From: an archaeon
GTDB taxonomy: Archaea; Nanobdellota; Nanobdellia; Pacearchaeales; DTIR01
Reading direction: 5' to 3'
Length of the DNA: 64,000 nucleotides
Assembly (NCBI GenBank): GCA_043799715.1
Contig: JAZDNM010000007.1
Coordinates: 21,265-85,264, forward strand
Below are positions 61,442-64,000 of this stretch, one piece after another. Position 1 is the stretch's first letter; each line of letters opens with the position of its first letter. The position numbers and the translations under genes were made by a program. A model generated the notes under the pieces. That model was given only the letters and a program-made list of their open reading frames with translations, had not been told where the DNA came from and searched no databases.

Positions 61442-62872
61442 ATGGATAAGTTCAGAAAGCTGGGTATTAGCGAACCCATGCTTGAAGCAATAAAGGAAGC
61501 GGGTTTTGAGAAACCCACTGAAATACAGGAGAAGTCAATACCTTTGATTCTTTCTGGCAAGGATGTCATAGCTTGCTCTGCAACAGGCTCAGGTAAGACG
61601 CTTGCATTTGCAGCAGCGATAATAAAAGATGCTGAACCAGGCAGGGGTATAAGGGCTCTTGTTCTGACTCCGACAAGGGAGCTCGCAGAGCAGGTTGCAA
61701 AGGCGCTTGAATCTTTTTCAAAACATAAAAAGCTTGAAATCGCTGCGATTTATGGCGGGCTTTCAATTAACCCGCAGATTTCACATCTGAGGCATGCTGA
61801 TGTTGTTGTAGGAACTCCCGGCAGAATCCTGGATCATATGAACCGCGGCACAATAATTCTGCAGAATGTAAAAACCCTTGTTCTTGATGAGGCAGACAGG
61901 ATGCTTGATATGGGTTTCATAGATGATGTAAAGAAAATTCTCAGGGAATGCCCTGAGAAAAAGCAGACGCTGCTTTTCTCAGCAACAATAAATGAGGATA
62001 TCGCGAGGCTTATAGAGAAACATCTGAAAAATCCGGTTGAGGTTGCTGCTGAATCATATGTAAACGCTGAAAAGCTGCCTCAGGCATATTATGATACCCA
62101 GGACAACCAGAAATTCTCGCTTCTTGTGCATCTTTTGAAAAATGAAAAAAGTGGGCTTGTCATGGTTTTCTGCAATACCCGAAGAAATACTGATTTTGTG
62201 GCAAACAATCTCAAGTTCCTGGGAATAAACGCGATGGCAATTCATGGTGGATTCTCACAGGAAAAAAGAAATTTTGTAATGGGAAAATTTCATTCAAAAA
62301 ATGTGCAGGTGCTTGTATGCACTGACGTCGCTGCAAGAGGGCTTGATATAGAAGGGATTTCTCATATATACAACTATGACATTCCTAAAGACAACAAAGA
62401 ATACATTCACAGGATAGGCAGGACTGCAAGAGCAGGGAAAGAGGGCAAGGTTATCAATATTGTCGCAAGCAGGGATTATGAAAATTTTGGCAGGGTTCTG
62501 AGAGACAAAAATCTGAATATAATAAAAGAGGAAACACCCGAGATTGAAAGGGTTTATGTAAAACCTGCTGAACGCAGCAGATACAGGAGTTCGGAGTATT
62601 CCCCTAGGGGAGATGGATACAGAACAGGGCATAGTTCAAGGCCCAGGGAATACAGGAGTTCAGGGGATAGTTCAAGACAAGGGGGATATAGGAAGGATTC
62701 TGAAGAATCAGGAGGAAGGCATTACAGCACAAACAGATTTACAGGAAGAGAAGACAGAGGGGGGGGAAGAAGGTTTGGCAGAAGCAGTTCTGGCAGCAGG
62801 ACTCCAAGCAGAGGCAGTTTCAACAGAGGCAGAAATCCCAGAAGCAGAAGTTTCGGAAACAGGGCAAGATAA
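61442..62872 (+). CDS. DEAD-box ATP-dependent RNA helicase with Arg/Ser/Gly-rich C-terminal tail
   Basis: Q motif, AxTGSGKT, DEAD, SAT and HRIGRTARAG. The tail is ...RGGGRRFGRSSSGSRTPSRGSFNRGRNPRSRSFGNRAR. Confidence 0.95.
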   Translation: MDKFRKLGISEPMLEAIKEAGFEKPTEIQEKSIPLILSGKDVIACSATGSGKTLAFAAAIIKDAEPGRGIRALVLTPTRELAEQVAKALESFSKHKKLEIAAIYGGLSINPQISHLRHADVVVGTPGRILDHMNRGTIILQNVKTLVLDEADRMLDMGFIDDVKKILRECPEKKQTLLFSATINEDIARLIEKHLKNPVEVAAESYVNAEKLPQAYYDTQDNQKFSLLVHLLKNEKSGLVMVFCNTRRNTDFVANNLKFLGINAMAIHGGFSQEKRNFVMGKFHSKNVQVLVCTDVAARGLDIEGISHIYNYDIPKDNKEYIHRIGRTARAGKEGKVINIVASRDYENFGRVLRDKNLNIIKEETPEIERVYVKPAERSRYRSSEYSPRGDGYRTGHSSRPREYRSSGDSSRQGGYRKDSEESGGRHYSTNRFTGREDRGGGRRFGRSSSGSRTPSRGSFNRGRNPRSRSFGNRAR

Positions 62873-63547
62873 TTATTCCTTAAAATTTGAAAAGGACTTG
62901 CTTATTTTCTCGTTCCAGAATTCAGGCAGGGAATATGAAAGCATTCCTTCAAACTCGTCTGCAATAACATAAAAAGATTTTACTCTTTCTTCTGCAGGAA
63001 TATCCTTGAAATGGATTTCTGCTTTTTTGAACAAGTCAAGTATTGATTTTCTCTCAAACCTCGCCTGAAGCAAGGAGGGCTCCTTGAACAGCAAGACATC
63101 TGAAAGCCGCATGACATTCAAGTCAAGCATTGCAGAGTTCTGTGTTATGATTATCAGAGACAGATTCTTGTGCCTTGCTATAACCATCATATCGCTTAGC
63201 ACTTTGTTTGCTTTCTGCATTGAATCCCTTGAAGAATAGCTTATTGCAGCCTCGTCAATCAGAACAGCCGAGTTATTCTTGACTTCATTCATTCCCGAAA
63301 CTTGCTTTATGAACCACGGGAGTTTTGCCTTTCCAAGATAATACGCTTTCCTGTTTCTTGAAAGCTGCTCGAGGAACTTGAATCCAAGAGCTGTTTTGCC
63401 GCTGCCTCTCCTGCCTGTTATGAGAATTATAAGACTGGAACTGCCTAATCTTTTTTTGAATGCATCAAAGCTTCCTGAAACTTTTTTTCCCTCAGAAAAA
63501 TCGATTTCTTTCTGCTCTTTTTTCCTTAAAAAATCTAATATCGGCAT
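62873..63547 (-). CDS. P-loop NTPase (Zot-like / small AAA-like)
   Basis: Walker A ITGRRGSGKTALG and Walker B AVLIDEAA. A TATTTAAAC box sits at -29. Confidence 0.55.
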   Translation of the reverse strand: MPILDFLRKKEQKEIDFSEGKKVSGSFDAFKKRLGSSSLIILITGRRGSGKTALGFKFLEQLSRNRKAYYLGKAKLPWFIKQVSGMNEVKNNSAVLIDEAAISYSSRDSMQKANKVLSDMMVIARHKNLSLIIITQNSAMLDLNVMRLSDVLLFKEPSLLQARFERKSILDLFKKAEIHFKDIPAEERVKSFYVIADEFEGMLSYSLPEFWNEKISKSFSNFKE

Positions 63548-63652
63548 TAACAGGAAAATTCAACGCAGTTTAAATATATTTATCCTAAGTATGAAGGCAT
63601 AACTAATATATGCAAGGGTTCTTCCCTTTGCTTAAATTATTTTTCGCAAGGC

Positions 63653-63883
63653 TCATTTCCTTTTTTTCTTTTTCCTGGCTTCTCTTTTCTTTGCTTTCTT
63701 GAGGATTAATCCGACTATTGAGACAATCAAACCAACTACTGCGACAAAAAGCCAAAGTATCTGGTTAGAGCCGTAGATTAACGGGATTGTCACATTGCCG
63801 GGCAATACTGCTCCTGAAAGGAAGCCGATTATAAATCCGCCAAAAAGCAACACAAGCCCTGTGCAAAGAACTGTTTTTCTCAT
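63653..63883 (-). CDS. Small two-TM membrane protein with Lys-rich tail
   Basis: 76 aa with a GGAGGT Shine-Dalgarno 5 nt upstream of the ATG. Confidence 0.45.
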   Translation of the reverse strand: MRKTVLCTGLVLLFGGFIIGFLSGAVLPGNVTIPLIYGSNQILWLFVAVVGLIVSIVGLILKKAKKREARKKKKRK

Positions 63884-64000
63884 GTTTACCTCCTTTTTGA
63901 TTTTATTTTAAGGCATCCGGATTTTTTAAAGCTTTTCAAGGCAAGATTTTTATAGACTGATTGGTTTGTAACTTCATGAAAAAGGGGTGGGAAATAGCAG

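Noticed and set aside
1-64000. Search for CRISPR arrays, rRNA genes and cas-like genes
   Set aside because: No regularly spaced direct repeats of 25-40 nt were found, and no rRNA-like conserved blocks were seen on either strand.

Overview
This is a gene-dense, AT-rich archaeal chromosome segment. The archaeal assignment rests on TFB, Alba, RadA, EndA, aIF2-alpha, aEF-1beta, Sm, GINS, Bud32, XerA and the ribosomal proteins S8e, S17e, S27e, S3Ae and L44e. The style is that of a small-genome, DPANN-like organism. I call about 70 CDS and 7 tRNA genes, 5 of which carry an intron at position 37/38. There are no rRNA genes and no CRISPR array. More than 20 genes have a TTTAWAWAW box starting exactly 29 nt before the ATG, which implies leaderless mRNAs, and I used this to refine start codons. 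Four regions stand out. (1) A 4.5-kb transposon-like island (8096-12651) is bounded by a perfect 22-bp inverted repeat and an 8-9-bp direct repeat. It carries an IS6-like transposase, an EcoRI-family adenine methyltransferase, a DUF262-HNH nuclease, an orphan gene and an unannotated AbrB-like ORF. (2) A 2392-aa secreted protein ends in bacterial-type murein hydrolase modules (lytic transglycosylase plus Amidase_3). It is translationally coupled to a 629-aa protein with a prepilin-type signal. (3) A type IV pilus-like locus has nine pilin-like genes, a platform protein and an ATPase, with a prepilin peptidase about 4 kb away. (4) Several sequence modules are shared between tRNA introns, tRNA leaders and one intergenic region. 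All family assignments come from motif recognition by eye. No database search was run.
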